DNA of 64,000 bases. Origin: Bacillota bacterium. Lineage in GTDB: Bacteria > Bacillota > Clostridia > Christensenellales > SZUA-584. Shown here piece after piece: positions 28,800-38,941 of the stretch. A model generated the notes under the pieces. That model was not told where the DNA came from. It made no database searches and was given only the letters and a program-made list of their open reading frames with translations. The stretch lies in the NCBI GenBank assembly GCA_023396555.1, contig JAEWWC010000100.1, forward strand, positions 6,634 through 70,633, in the 5' to 3' direction. The position numbers and the translations under genes were made by a program. Position 1 is the first letter of the stretch; each line of letters opens with the position of its first letter.

Positions 28800-29729
28800 A
28801 TGCCATTAGTAACCACAACCGAAATGTTTAAGAAGGCGTACGAAGGCGGCTATGCCATCGGTGCGTTCAACGTGAACAACATGGAGATCGTTCAGGGTAT
28901 CACTGAGGCGGCCAAAGAGCTGAACGCCCCGCTGATCCTTCAGGTTTCCAAGGGCGCGCGCGCCTATGCCAACCCGATCTACCTGCGCAAGCTGGTGGAA
29001 GCGGCGCTGGAAGACACCGGCCTGCCGATCTGCCTGCACCTCGACCACGGCGATACGTTCGAGACCTGCAAAGACTGCATCGATGGCGGCTTTACGTCCG
29101 TTATGATCGACGGCTCGCACCATTCGTTTGAGGAAAACATCGCGCTGACCAAGAAGGTCGTTGAGTACGCGCACGACCGCGGTGTGGTGGTGGAAGCGGA
29201 GCTGGGACGTCTGGCCGGCGTGGAAGATGAGGTCAACGTATCGGCTGAGGATTCATCCTACACCCATCCCGGAGAGGTGGAAGAGTTCGTCAGCAAGACG
29301 GGCGTGGATTCTCTGGCTATCGCCATCGGGACAAGCCACGGCGCGTTCAAGTTCAAAGGCGAGCCCAAGCTGCGTTTTGACATTCTGGCCGAGATCGAAA
29401 GGAAGATTCCCGGCTTCCCGATCGTGCTGCACGGCGCTTCGTCCGTTATACCGGAATACGTCGAGATGATCAACAAATACGGCGGCAGCATGCCGGGCGC
29501 ACAGGGCGTTCCGGAGGAGATGTTGCGTCAGGCGGCCAAGAGCGCGGTCTGTAAAATCAACATCGACTCCGACTTGCGTCTGGCTATGACGGGCACGCTG
29601 CGCAAATACTTTGCGGAGAATCCGTCTCACTTTGACCCCCGGCAGTATCTGAAGCCGGCACGCTCCGCCATCAAAGAGATGGTCAAGCACAAGATCGAAG
29701 TGGTGCTGGGCTGCGCGGGCAAAGCGTGA
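28800..29729 (+). CDS. fba: Class II fructose-1,6-bisphosphate aldolase
   Basis: 309-aa ORF with a strong RBS (AAGGAGG). It carries YAIGAFNVNN, HLDHG and the LHGASS/INIDSD blocks of class II FBA. Confidence 0.9.
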   Translation: MPLVTTTEMFKKAYEGGYAIGAFNVNNMEIVQGITEAAKELNAPLILQVSKGARAYANPIYLRKLVEAALEDTGLPICLHLDHGDTFETCKDCIDGGFTSVMIDGSHHSFEENIALTKKVVEYAHDRGVVVEAELGRLAGVEDEVNVSAEDSSYTHPGEVEEFVSKTGVDSLAIAIGTSHGAFKFKGEPKLRFDILAEIERKIPGFPIVLHGASSVIPEYVEMINKYGGSMPGAQGVPEEMLRQAAKSAVCKINIDSDLRLAMTGTLRKYFAENPSHFDPRQYLKPARSAIKEMVKHKIEVVLGCAGKA

Positions 29730-29745
29730 AATCAGTATGACAATG

Positions 29746-29781
29746 ATCCGGCGTTTGGATGACAGGCGCCGGATTTTTTTC
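29746..29781 (+). terminator. Intrinsic terminator after fba
   Basis: The stem ATCCGGCG...CGCCGGAT is followed by T7. Confidence 0.75.
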
Positions 29782-29895
29782 ATTTTGCAGCTCGGGAGTG
29801 GAGCGTGCAATACTCCATGGAATTTTACATAGCACGGAAGTTTTCTTCCGCGTGCTGATGTATAATAGATAAAAAGCGGCATTGCGGAGGATACA

Positions 29896-30870
29896 TTGCA
29901 CAACGGTTTTTGGAGCTTATTGAAATACAGAATGGGCTCAAACGCAAAGCATGCGCTTAAGAGAACTGCGGCGCTGGCGCTGCTGTCTTTGGTGATGCTG
30001 GCGGCGGGCTGTACGTCGCTGTCGGACATGTTCGGCCTCGGGGGCGGGGAGGAACAGCCGGAGCCATTGGTGAATGGCACCACGACGGGCAATACACTCA
30101 ACGGTGGCTTTGCGGTTAAGGACGGCAACGACCTGCTTGTGTATTATACGAGCGGCAATGCATATCCCAAAGGCAGCCTTGTCCGGTCCAATCCGGAAAC
30201 GGGGGAGAATAGCCTGGTAATGGATGAAGCCGGGCTGTACATGAATCTGAAGGATGGCGTGCTGTATTATTGTCTAGGGGACGGCATATATCGCGCAAGG
30301 CTGGATGCGCCACAGCCGGAACGCCTGCTGGAAGGGGAGTATACGCTGCTCCAGATTTCCGGCAGCAAGATGTATTATATCAGCGGCGGTGCGGTGGGAT
30401 GCGCGTCTTTGGACGGCGAACCGGCGGAGCTGTCTGCGATTGACAACGCGTCATGCCTTAACGTCTATGGCGACAGGCTGTATTGGACCGACACCGAAAG
30501 CGGACAGATATGTCGTTCTGATCTGGACGGTGGCGATCGGAACGTGCTATACGACAAACCGGTGGATATGTTCTATATCATCGACGATGTGATCTATTTC
30601 ATCGACGGGGCGGATGGATTACTGAAACGTATAGCGCTGGAGATAGATCCGGAAACGCTGGAAACGCTGACGGCAGAGGCCTGCAGCGGCTTCAATATAA
30701 ACCGCAGTGGGCTATATTATACGCTGAGTAACGACGGGTTGTGCTACAACGCGGGTGTGGATGGACTGCAGGCGCGCGCGATTGAAGATTTGGGCAGCAG
30801 CGCATGGCATCGGGTGTGCATGTTCGGTGAGGGGGCAATGATCGTCAGACAGGAGGACCTTCCGTCATAG
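29896..30870 (+). CDS. Putative lipoprotein with repeated beta-propeller-like blades (DUF5050-like)
   Basis: TTG start with a GGAGGA RBS. The lipobox is LAAGC. LYY/IYF-type blade motifs recur (LLVYYTS, VLYYCLGDGIYRA, KMYYISG, RLYWTD, VIYFID, GLYYTL). Confidence 0.6.
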   Translation: MHNGFWSLLKYRMGSNAKHALKRTAALALLSLVMLAAGCTSLSDMFGLGGGEEQPEPLVNGTTTGNTLNGGFAVKDGNDLLVYYTSGNAYPKGSLVRSNPETGENSLVMDEAGLYMNLKDGVLYYCLGDGIYRARLDAPQPERLLEGEYTLLQISGSKMYYISGGAVGCASLDGEPAELSAIDNASCLNVYGDRLYWTDTESGQICRSDLDGGDRNVLYDKPVDMFYIIDDVIYFIDGADGLLKRIALEIDPETLETLTAEACSGFNINRSGLYYTLSNDGLCYNAGVDGLQARAIEDLGSSAWHRVCMFGEGAMIVRQEDLPS

Positions 30871-30929
30871 AGACGCTGGCCGCCGCATAATTATGAAATA
30901 TACCATGCGGCTTTAAGGGGGCGTCTCGA

Positions 30930-31205
30930 ATGGGGCTGGGCATTGATTTCCAGGTTGTACTGTTCTTCGCACTCGGCCTCATACTTCTGTATTTTACCGG
31001 GTGGCTGCTGCTTGCCCCCTTAAAGTTTATCATGAAGCTACTGGTAAGCGGGCTGCTGGGCGGCCTGATGCTGGTGATCATCAATCTGGTCGGCGGCATT
31101 TTTTCTGTCACCATTGCCATCAACCCTTTGAGCGCTGTGATAGCCGGCTATTTCGGCATGCCCGGTATCATATTGCTGCTGCTGCTGAAGCTGATACTCG
31201 TATAG
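30930..31205 (+). CDS. bofA: Pro-sigmaK processing inhibitor BofA family protein
   Basis: 91-aa two-TM protein. The segment ..PLKFIMKLLVSGLLGGLMLVIINLVGG..INPLSAVIAGYFGMPGI.. is collinear with B. subtilis BofA as I remember it. Confidence 0.75.
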   Translation: MGLGIDFQVVLFFALGLILLYFTGWLLLAPLKFIMKLLVSGLLGGLMLVIINLVGGIFSVTIAINPLSAVIAGYFGMPGIILLLLLKLILV

Positions 31206-31316
31206 CTAGTATTCTCAACGGCGGGCTTAACTACGGAATATGGACCACAATAAAAGCCCCTTCAAGGGGCCTTTACTTTGGATGTATACATATGACAGTG
31301 AGGAACTAAAAACTGA

Positions 31317-31478
31317 TCAGTGACGCTGAGCATCTTTGGACGACGGGCATGATGCTGAGTGAGCACACCCGCTGCATCCGGCACAAGGAGATTCGCCTCT
31401 TTGCCTGCGGCGTATCAGCCGGAAAATCACAAATGCCACTGAGGCGGCGATGACAGCCAGAATGATATAGTCTACCAT
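31317..31478 (-). CDS. FeoB-associated Cys-rich small membrane protein (53 aa; below ORF-track cut-off)
   Basis: The minus-strand translation is MVDYIILAVIAASVAFVIFRLIRRRQRGESPCAGCSGCAHSASCPSSKDAQRH, with an RBS AGGAAGGA upstream. It has a TM helix, a basic stretch and CxGCxGC. Confidence 0.7.
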   Translation of the reverse strand: MVDYIILAVIAASVAFVIFRLIRRRQRGESPCAGCSGCAHSASCPSSKDAQRH

Positions 31479-31566
31479 GGGAATCATCCTTCCTAATATT
31501 AGCGAGGGCTAACTATTTGACTTAAATATATGGATGCTGTATGCATCCAATTCGCGGGCGGCTGTA

Positions 31567-31776
31567 TCAGACAGCGATACGGTTGGCCAGAGATTTATCC
31601 AGCGCCACCCGTGTATCCTTCACGTTGACGATCAGGTTGCCGGCTACGCGAGATACGATGGAAATCTGTTCACCTTCCACAAAACCGAGACGGTTCAGAA
31701 AACGAATTGTTTCATCCTTGCCGGATATCTTTTTGATGTTGACCTGCTCCCCTTCATTGACCAGAGTCAGCGGCAT
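31567..31776 (-). CDS. feoA: FeoA family iron-transport accessory protein
   Basis: 69-aa ORF with an SH3-like FeoA pattern (L..G..V.I..I.G....FLNRLGF.EG..I.....V.GNLIV.V...R.AL....A..I.V). Confidence 0.8.
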   Translation of the reverse strand: MPLTLVNEGEQVNIKKISGKDETIRFLNRLGFVEGEQISIVSRVAGNLIVNVKDTRVALDKSLANRIAV

Positions 31777-31808
31777 TTGAATTTCCTCCTTTAAGCAAAC
31801 CCGATGAT

Positions 31809-31860
31809 GTTAGCCATTTCTAACTAATAAAAGTTTATCATGGCTAACTCTCGTTGTCAA
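31809..31860 (-). promoter_or_regulatory. Candidate feoA promoter overlapped by a 9-bp inverted repeat (possible metalloregulator operator)
   Basis: On the minus strand, TTGACA (31860-31855) is followed by a 17-nt spacer and TAAACT (31837-31832). GTTAGCCAT (31809-31817) and ATGGCTAAC (31840-31848) bracket the -10 region. Confidence 0.45.
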
Positions 31861-31990
31861 CATCTCTTTTTATGATAATATAAAAATATAAAATTCAATG
31901 GAAAAGGCCGTTGTTAAGCCAATTATTTTGCTTGCTTTTTAATATGCAGCGTGTTAAAATACCCCTGCTGTAGATTTTTTGGAGGTTGAA

Positions 31991-32380
31991 ATGGCCGCTG
32001 TAGTGCTTGTCATCGAAATTGTCCTTTGTCTGTTCTCATTGTTTATGATCGCCGTTGTGCTGCTTCAGTCGGGCAAGAGCGCCGGGCTGACGGGCGATAT
32101 CGGCGGCGCTGCTGAATCTTTCCTTGGAAAGAGCAAGGCAAAAACATATGAGGGAACGCTGAAGAAACTCACGAAGATTGCGGCTGTGGGCATCATGGTG
32201 CTCGCAATCGCGCTGGTGCTTATCCAGGTGTATGTGATGCCCAATGTGTCAAACACTGAGGCGCCGCAAGCCACGCCCACGGCAACGGTGAGCGCACAAG
32301 CCACGGATGAAGCTGCCGCGGACGTATCGCCTGAGGTTTCTCCCGCTGCGACACAGACCGCCGGGACCGAATCTGAATGA
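31991..32380 (+). CDS. secG: Preprotein translocase subunit SecG with an extended Ala/Thr/Pro-rich tail
   Basis: ATG after a GGAGG RBS. The sequence LLQSGKSAGLTGDIGGAAESFLGK followed by a second TM helix is typical SecG. The tail of about 50 aa is unusual but low-complexity. Confidence 0.85.
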   Translation: MAAVVLVIEIVLCLFSLFMIAVVLLQSGKSAGLTGDIGGAAESFLGKSKAKTYEGTLKKLTKIAAVGIMVLAIALVLIQVYVMPNVSNTEAPQATPTATVSAQATDEAAADVSPEVSPAATQTAGTESE

Positions 32381-32403
32381 TTTAAAGGGACAACCAGCTG
32401 TTG

Positions 32404-32436
32404 ACGCCTTTCCGAATTTACGGGAAGGCGTTTTTG
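32404..32436 (+). terminator. Intrinsic terminator after secG
   Basis: ACGCCTTTCC-GAATTTAC-GGGAAGGCGT followed by TTTTT. Confidence 0.75.
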
Positions 32437-32536
32437 GTTTGCATGGCAGTTTTTAAAGTGAGTTGATAGCTATTGGAAGGAAAGCGGCGCTATTGCATAA
32501 CATAAACATATTGACGGATATAAAGAGGAGAAGAAA

Positions 32537-34609
32537 TTGGACATAGGAGAATGGATCATCAACGAGCTGGGCTCGCATGATAAGAAGATGGAATTTGACG
32601 AACTGCTACGCGGATTGGGACCGGAGGAAAACCCGGCTGAGGTGCGTGAGGCGGTTCAGCAACTGATTGCGCAGGGTAAGGTGCTGCGCTCGAAGAAGGG
32701 CAAGCTGTTTCTGCCCGGGCGATTCGGGCTGTTTACGGGTCGGCTGGACGTAAAGCGTTCCGGCTTCGGGTTTCTGCTGGACGACGACGGCGATATATTC
32801 ATATCCGCGGACAACAAGGGTGGCGCGATGCACGGCGATCTGGTGGTGGTGCGGCAGCTTACGGAAGCGGAGACGGACCGCCGCCGGGAAGGCGAAGTCG
32901 TCGATATACTGGAGGAGAAGCAGACGCGGTTGGTGGGCACGCTGATGGGGCGCTATGTGCGTCCGGATGACGAGCGGCTGGACGAGGTGCGCGTATCCAA
33001 AAAGGGAGTGGAAGGCGCGAGGGACGGCGTCAAAGTGGTCGTGGATATTAAAAAGCGTGCCAGAAACGGAGAGAGTGCCGAAGGCCATATCGTGGAGGTA
33101 CTGGGAAAAGCGGGGCTGGCGCAGGTGGAACTTAAGAGCCTGATACGCCAGTTCGAGCTGCCGGAGGACTTCCCGGAAGAGGTGAAGGCAGAGGCGCAGC
33201 GCGCGGCGTCACGCCGCATCACATCACAGGGCCGTGAGGACTGGCGCGGGCGCACCGTGTTCACCATCGACGGAGCGGATGCGAAGGATCTGGACGATGC
33301 TGTTTCGATAACGCGTCTGGACAACGGCTGGGAACTGGGCGTACATATCGCGGATGTGGCTCAGTATGTGACAGAGGGCAGCAAGCTGGACAAGGAGGCG
33401 CTGAAGCGCGGCACCTCCGTTTATCTGGCGGATACCGTGATCCCGATGCTGCCCAAGGAGCTGTCCAACGGTGTGTGTTCGCTGTCCGAAGGGACGGACA
33501 AGCTGACGCTGTCCTGCATTATGACGCTGGACGAGCGCGGGCATATTATCGACTCGCGGCAGGCACAGAGCATCATCCGCTCCAAGCACCGTATGACATA
33601 TTCCGACGTGAACGCGATATTTGACGGCGAAGAGACGCTGCGCGAAAAGTATGCGGATATATTAGACGACCTGCTGAAAATGCGCGAACTGGCGCAGATA
33701 CTGCGGCAGCTGCGCGAGGATAAAGGCAGCATCGACTTCGATCTGGAGGAGTCGGCGTTCCAATACGACGAGAAGGGCCGCGTGACCGGCGTGGGGCCGC
33801 GCGACCGAGGCGAAGCCGAACGGCTGATTGAGGAATTTATGCTGGCGGCCAACAAGACGGTGGCTGAGACGTATTACTGGCGGCAGCTGCCGTTTGTATA
33901 CCGCGTCCACGAACAGCCGGCGGATGAGAAGATGGAGATTTTCCTCGCGTTCTATTCCAACTTCGGCAAGGTGAAGGGGAAGATGGAGACCGTGCATCCC
34001 AAGGCGCTGCAGAGCATACTGAACGACGTCAAGGGCACACCGCACGAGAACATCGTGAACCAGATACTGCTGCGCTCACTCAGAAAAGCGGAGTACAGCC
34101 CGGAGTGTAAGGGCCATTTCGGCCTGAGCTTCCAATATTACTGTCACTTCACGTCGCCCATCAGGCGGTATCCGGATCTGGCGGTTCATCGCGTGGTGAA
34201 GAGCGACCTGACCGGCCGGCTCACAAAGAAGGCAGTCGAAGCGCTGGAGGCGCGCGTGAGCGACATATCCCGTCAGTCCAGCATCAGAGAACGCGTGGCG
34301 ATGGAAGCCGAGCGCGCGGCGGACGACATGAAGAAGGCCGAATTCATGTACGGCAAGGAGGGGCAGGAGTTTGACGGCGTCGTGAGCGGCGTGTCCCGAA
34401 ACGTGTTCTTCGTCGAACTTGACAACACCGTCGAGGGTGTGATACCATTATCGTCCTTACAGGACGACTACTATGTTTACAACGAGAAAATGTACTGCGT
34501 TGTGGGAGAGCGTACGCGCCGCCGCATCAGTCTGGGCGATACCATGCGCGTGCGTCTGGCGAGCGTCAGCGTGTATCCGCCGCGGATCGAGTTCGAGCCG
34601 GTGCGCTGA
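32537..34609 (+). CDS. rnr: Ribonuclease R
   Basis: 690-aa ORF with a TTG start. It has cold-shock/OB domains, RNB catalytic blocks (FTIDGADAKDLDDAVS, YLADTVIPMLP) and a C-terminal S1 domain. Confidence 0.9.
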   Translation: MDIGEWIINELGSHDKKMEFDELLRGLGPEENPAEVREAVQQLIAQGKVLRSKKGKLFLPGRFGLFTGRLDVKRSGFGFLLDDDGDIFISADNKGGAMHGDLVVVRQLTEAETDRRREGEVVDILEEKQTRLVGTLMGRYVRPDDERLDEVRVSKKGVEGARDGVKVVVDIKKRARNGESAEGHIVEVLGKAGLAQVELKSLIRQFELPEDFPEEVKAEAQRAASRRITSQGREDWRGRTVFTIDGADAKDLDDAVSITRLDNGWELGVHIADVAQYVTEGSKLDKEALKRGTSVYLADTVIPMLPKELSNGVCSLSEGTDKLTLSCIMTLDERGHIIDSRQAQSIIRSKHRMTYSDVNAIFDGEETLREKYADILDDLLKMRELAQILRQLREDKGSIDFDLEESAFQYDEKGRVTGVGPRDRGEAERLIEEFMLAANKTVAETYYWRQLPFVYRVHEQPADEKMEIFLAFYSNFGKVKGKMETVHPKALQSILNDVKGTPHENIVNQILLRSLRKAEYSPECKGHFGLSFQYYCHFTSPIRRYPDLAVHRVVKSDLTGRLTKKAVEALEARVSDISRQSSIRERVAMEAERAADDMKKAEFMYGKEGQEFDGVVSGVSRNVFFVELDNTVEGVIPLSSLQDDYYVYNEKMYCVVGERTRRRISLGDTMRVRLASVSVYPPRIEFEPVR

Positions 34610-34662
34610 ACGCTATGTGAGGGTTGCGCCAATAGTGTTTGGCGGGATGAGGGGTTGATTTT

Positions 34663-35121
34663 GTGAGCGACGGCATCAAGGTGCTGATCAAGAACAAGAA
34701 GGCGTATCACGAGTTTTTTATCGACGAAACGGTGGAAGCGGGTATCGCGCTGGTGGGCAGCGAAGTGAAGTCGATACGCGGCGGCAAGGCGAACATCAAG
34801 GAAGCGTTCGTGCGTATCATTAATAATGAAGCGTTTATCGTGGGGATGCATGTGAGTCCGTATGAGAAGGGCAGCTACTTCAACCAGGATCCGCTTCGCC
34901 AGAGAAAGCTGCTGCTGCACAAGCGCGAGATCGTGAAACTTTACAGTTTGGCCACACAGAAAGGCTTGACGTTGGTACCGCTCGCGGTATACTTAAAGCA
35001 GGGCAAAGTGAAGCTCGAGATCGGCGTGGCGCGCGGCAAAAAGTTGTATGACAAACGGCAAAGCATTGCCGAGCGCGATGCGCAAAGAGCCAAGGAGATC
35101 GCCACGAAGATGGCGAGATAG
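34663..35121 (+). CDS. smpB: SsrA-binding protein
   Basis: 152-aa ORF with a GTG start and the blocks [20 protein letters not shown] and LLLHKREI. It lies immediately upstream of the tmRNA. Confidence 0.9.
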   Translation: MSDGIKVLIKNKKAYHEFFIDETVEAGIALVGSEVKSIRGGKANIKEAFVRIINNEAFIVGMHVSPYEKGSYFNQDPLRQRKLLLHKREIVKLYSLATQKGLTLVPLAVYLKQGKVKLEIGVARGKKLYDKRQSIAERDAQRAKEIATKMAR

Positions 35122-35144
35122 AATTTTGGCATAGCAACTAACGT

Positions 35145-35508
35145 GGGGGCGTGTTTGGCTTTCGACGGGGGTTGGCCAGGGCCGGATAAGCGGGTCGCAG
35201 TCCCGGAGTGCTGCGTTAAAAAGCCGGAACTTAAATTTAGTTGCAGACAAAACTGAACTAGCTTACGCTGCTTAAGGCAGTGTAATGCCCTGCCGGTGGC
35301 ACCCTAATCGCCGGGGACAGGGTATCATTAACTAGGGGAACCTCTTCCGCAAAGCTTTGAGCGGAGGAGAGGATTATGAAGCTACCGCAAATATGCCCCT
35401 GAGCGCGGGGGTGTATGGAGGGAAACGGTTTAAATACACGTTCTGCACCCGGAGAAAGTCTGACTTTGGAACCTTCGGACAGGGGTTCGACTCCCCTCGC
35501 CTCCACCA
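35145..35508 (+). ncRNA. ssrA: tmRNA (transfer-messenger RNA)
   Basis: The 5' GGGGGCG pairs with the 3' CGCCTCC, followed by ACCA. A T-arm GGGGTTCGACTCCCC is present. The tag reading frame at 35243-35275 is GCA GAC AAA ACT GAA CTA GCT TAC GCT GCT TAA, giving ADKTELAYAA*. It follows smpB. Confidence 0.9.
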
Positions 35509-35519
35509 CTAAAAACCAC

Positions 35520-35554
35520 AATCGCCTAATACTTGGATAGAGTATTGGGCGATT
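35520..35554 (+). terminator. Hairpin currently following ssrA (weak U-tract)
   Basis: A 14-bp stem AATCGCCTAATACT / AGTATTGGGCGATT with loop TGGATAG, followed by TGTATTTAT. Confidence 0.55.
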
Positions 35555-35661
35555 TGTATTTATATATTGACATTGGATAAATCATAAAACATGTTTATTT
35601 TCTTGATACATTTTAATAAGGGCTATATAATGATAGTGGATATTAATGTAACTTATTTAAC

Positions 35662-38600
35662 ATGTGTAGTAAGGGTATTTTAATGGAAGTGATTGATAAT
35701 CTAAATAAAACACTTCGAGATGATCTTCAGGTACGAATTGATAAAAAAAGCAAGATATCTATTGCGGCATCGTGCTTTTCAATATACGCTTTCCAAGAAC
35801 TGAAAAAGCAATTAAACGATATTGAAGCTTTACGCTTTATATTTACATCTCCGGCGTTCACAACCGAAAAAGCTAGCAAAGAACGCCGTGAATTTTATAT
35901 ACCACGCCTTCAGCGAGAAAAGAGCCTATATGGCTCCGACTTTGAAATTAAGCTTCGAAATGAATTAACGCAAAAAGCCATTGCGAAAGAATGTGCCGAA
36001 TGGATTAAGCGCAAGGTTACTTTTAAATCTAATATAAGCAACAACAGGATGAGTGGTTTTTTAAACCTTGATGATAACCGGGATAAATGGACTTATCTCC
36101 CGATAGACGGTTTTACTACGGTTGACCTTGGTTGCGATAGAGGCAATAATATGTACAACATTATTAACCGCTTTGAGGCTCCCGTCAGCAATGAATACTT
36201 CCGTGTATTTGAAGAAGTCTGGAATGATAAAGCCAAGCTGCAAGATGTAACCGATGAAGTATTGGAGAATATAACAGCAGCATACAAGGAAAACTCTCCA
36301 GAGTTTATATATTTCGTGACACTGTATAATGTCTTCAGCGAGTTTCTTGAAGACATTTCTGAAGATATCCTGCCTAACGAAGCAACTGGCTTCAAGCAGA
36401 GTAAGATATGGAATATGCTTTATAACTTCCAGCAGGACGCGGCTCTGGCTATTATAAACAAGCTGGAGAAATATAACGGCTGTATATTAGCGGATAGTGT
36501 TGGCCTTGGCAAGACGTTTACAGCACTGGCGGTAATAAAATACTATGAAAACCGTAATAAGTCAGTACTTGTTCTTTGTCCAAAGAAGTTGTCCGATAAC
36601 TGGAATACCTTCAAGATGAACCTGTTAAATAACCCGATTGCAAAGGACAGGCTTAATTACGATGTTTTATTTCATACTGACCTGTCTCGCAATAGTGGGT
36701 ATACAAATGGTATGCCACTTGATCGTGTTAACTGGGGCAATTACGACCTTGTAGTAATTGATGAGTCGCATAACTTTAGAAACGGCGGCGATGTGTTTGA
36801 CGAAAATCGGACACAGGAAAACCGCTATGTAAGGCTTATGAATAGGGTTATCCGCAGCGGTGTAAAAACAAAAGTATTGATGCTTTCTGCGACTCCGGTA
36901 AACAACCGCTTCTCAGACTTAAAGAATCAGATTGCGCTTGCTTATGAAGGCGAGAGCGATAACATAAAAGATAAGCTGGATATAAATCGTAGCATAGAAG
37001 ATGTATTTAATCGGGCGCAGCGTTCCTATAACTCTTGGTGCAAATTAAATACTGCGGAGCGTACAACTGAACAGTTATTATCAATGCTGGACTTTGAGTT
37101 CTTTGAAGTCCTCGATAGCGTTACTATCGCACGATCCCGTAAGCATATACAAAATTATTATGATACGGCGGATATAGGTACATTCCCTGAAAGAAAAAAA
37201 CCGTTGTCTTTACCGTGTAAATTAACTGATTTGAGCGGTTGCCTAACATATAATGATATTTATAACGAGCTTTCAAAGCTGACGTTGTCTATTTACACGC
37301 CATCAGCATATATATTGGCAAGCAAAGTTGAAGAATACGAGCAGTTATATGATACGAAGATTGGCAGTTCATCATTTAAACAAATTGACCGCGAGCAAAG
37401 CCTTCTGATACTCATGCGAGTAAACCTTCTGAAACGCCTTGAAAGTTCCGTCCATTCATTCCGGCTAACAATAAGCAGAATCCTTGCTTTAATAAATGAG
37501 ACTATAGAAAACATCGGGCACTACGATAAAACTAGAGGGACATTCTCATTTAACGACATGGCGGATATAGAAGACTTTGATATCGACGATGAGAACAACG
37601 ACAGCTTTACTTTTGGCAAAAAGGTTCAGATTGAGCTTGAAGATATGGATTATACCGGATGGCTTAACGACTTGGAATGGGACAGAGATATTCTGACCGC
37701 CCTTTATAACGAGATGGCTCGGATAACGCCATTGTATGATAATAAGCTGCATGTGCTTTTTAACACGATACGAAATAAGATTAACAATCCTATTAACGAA
37801 GGAAACAAGAAGATACTTATATTCTCCGCTTTCTCCGATACTGTTGATTACTTATACGAAAACGTTAGCCGAATGGTTAAAGCAGAGTTTGATTTAGAAA
37901 CGGCTATGGTAACAGGCGGCGTTGACGGGCGGACTTCAATTCCGAGACTTAGGGCTGATCTGAATACCGTGCTTACCTGCTTCTCCCCTGTTTCGAAGGA
38001 AAAGCAATTAATAATGCCGAACCAGCAAGCTGAAATAGATATTCTTATAGGCACAGACTGTATTTCGGAAGGCCAGAATCTACAGGACTGTGACTATCTT
38101 ATAAATTACGATATACACTGGAACCCCGTGCGGATCATTCAGCGTTTCGGCAGAATCGATAGAATAGGTAGCAAGAACTCCGTTATACAACTCGTCAACT
38201 TCTGGCCTGATATCTCGCTCGATGAGTATATTAACCTTAAATCAAGGGTTGAGACCCGTATGAAGATATCCGTTATGACTTCAACGGGCGACGATAACCC
38301 CATTGATCAAAATGACGGTGACTTGGAATATAGAAGAAAGCAGCTTGAACGACTACAGAATGACGTTGTTGATATAGAAGAGATCTCTGGCGGAATCTCG
38401 ATAATGGACTTAGGCCTTAACGAATTCCGCATGGATTTAATCAGCTATATAAAACAAAACCCTGACCTCGATAAAGTGCCGCACGGCATGAACACAGTCG
38501 TACGTTCGTCTGAAAGCACACCCTCAGGCATAATATATGTGCTGCGGAATATAAACGACGGTGTAAATATCAACCGAACAAACCGGCTGCATCCTTTCTA

Positions 38601-38922
38601 TATCGTATACATAACCGACGAAGGTGAGGTTTATTGCGACCATCTGCATCCGAAAGATACACTAGACCTATTGCGGCATCTGTGCAAGGGGAAAGCTGAA
38701 CCTATAAAAGAACTATGCCAGAGCTTTAACGAGGAAACAAAAGACGGTAAAAAGATGGACAAGTATTCACAGCTTCTGGAAGACACAATATCGTCTATTA
38801 TCAAAGTGGGTACAGAAAGCGATATCGATAGTCTCTTCAAGCCGGGCGGAACGTCTGCTCTGACTACCCGGATATCGGGACTTAATGACTTTGAGCTGAT
38901 AACGTTTGTGGTTGTAAAATAG
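35662..38922 (+). CDS. SNF2-family (SF2) helicase-related protein with an unassigned ~240-aa N-terminal domain
   Basis: 1086-aa ORF (alternative ATG at 35683). Motifs seen are I LADSVGLGKTFTA, II VVIDESHNFRN, III MLSATPVNN, and V/VI GTDCISEGQNLQD..NYDIHWNPVRIIQRFGRIDRIGS. The codon usage is AT-rich. Confidence 0.85.
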   Translation: MCSKGILMEVIDNLNKTLRDDLQVRIDKKSKISIAASCFSIYAFQELKKQLNDIEALRFIFTSPAFTTEKASKERREFYIPRLQREKSLYGSDFEIKLRNELTQKAIAKECAEWIKRKVTFKSNISNNRMSGFLNLDDNRDKWTYLPIDGFTTVDLGCDRGNNMYNIINRFEAPVSNEYFRVFEEVWNDKAKLQDVTDEVLENITAAYKENSPEFIYFVTLYNVFSEFLEDISEDILPNEATGFKQSKIWNMLYNFQQDAALAIINKLEKYNGCILADSVGLGKTFTALAVIKYYENRNKSVLVLCPKKLSDNWNTFKMNLLNNPIAKDRLNYDVLFHTDLSRNSGYTNGMPLDRVNWGNYDLVVIDESHNFRNGGDVFDENRTQENRYVRLMNRVIRSGVKTKVLMLSATPVNNRFSDLKNQIALAYEGESDNIKDKLDINRSIEDVFNRAQRSYNSWCKLNTAERTTEQLLSMLDFEFFEVLDSVTIARSRKHIQNYYDTADIGTFPERKKPLSLPCKLTDLSGCLTYNDIYNELSKLTLSIYTPSAYILASKVEEYEQLYDTKIGSSSFKQIDREQSLLILMRVNLLKRLESSVHSFRLTISRILALINETIENIGHYDKTRGTFSFNDMADIEDFDIDDENNDSFTFGKKVQIELEDMDYTGWLNDLEWDRDILTALYNEMARITPLYDNKLHVLFNTIRNKINNPINEGNKKILIFSAFSDTVDYLYENVSRMVKAEFDLETAMVTGGVDGRTSIPRLRADLNTVLTCFSPVSKEKQLIMPNQQAEIDILIGTDCISEGQNLQDCDYLINYDIHWNPVRIIQRFGRIDRIGSKNSVIQLVNFWPDISLDEYINLKSRVETRMKISVMTSTGDDNPIDQNDGDLEYRRKQLERLQNDVVDIEEISGGISIMDLGLNEFRMDLISYIKQNPDLDKVPHGMNTVVRSSESTPSGIIYVLRNINDGVNINRTNRLHPFYIVYITDEGEVYCDHLHPKDTLDLLRHLCKGKAEPIKELCQSFNEETKDGKKMDKYSQLLEDTISSIIKVGTESDIDSLFKPGGTSALTTRISGLNDFELITFVVVK

Positions 38923-38941
38923 CCTCAATAAGGAGGATGGA

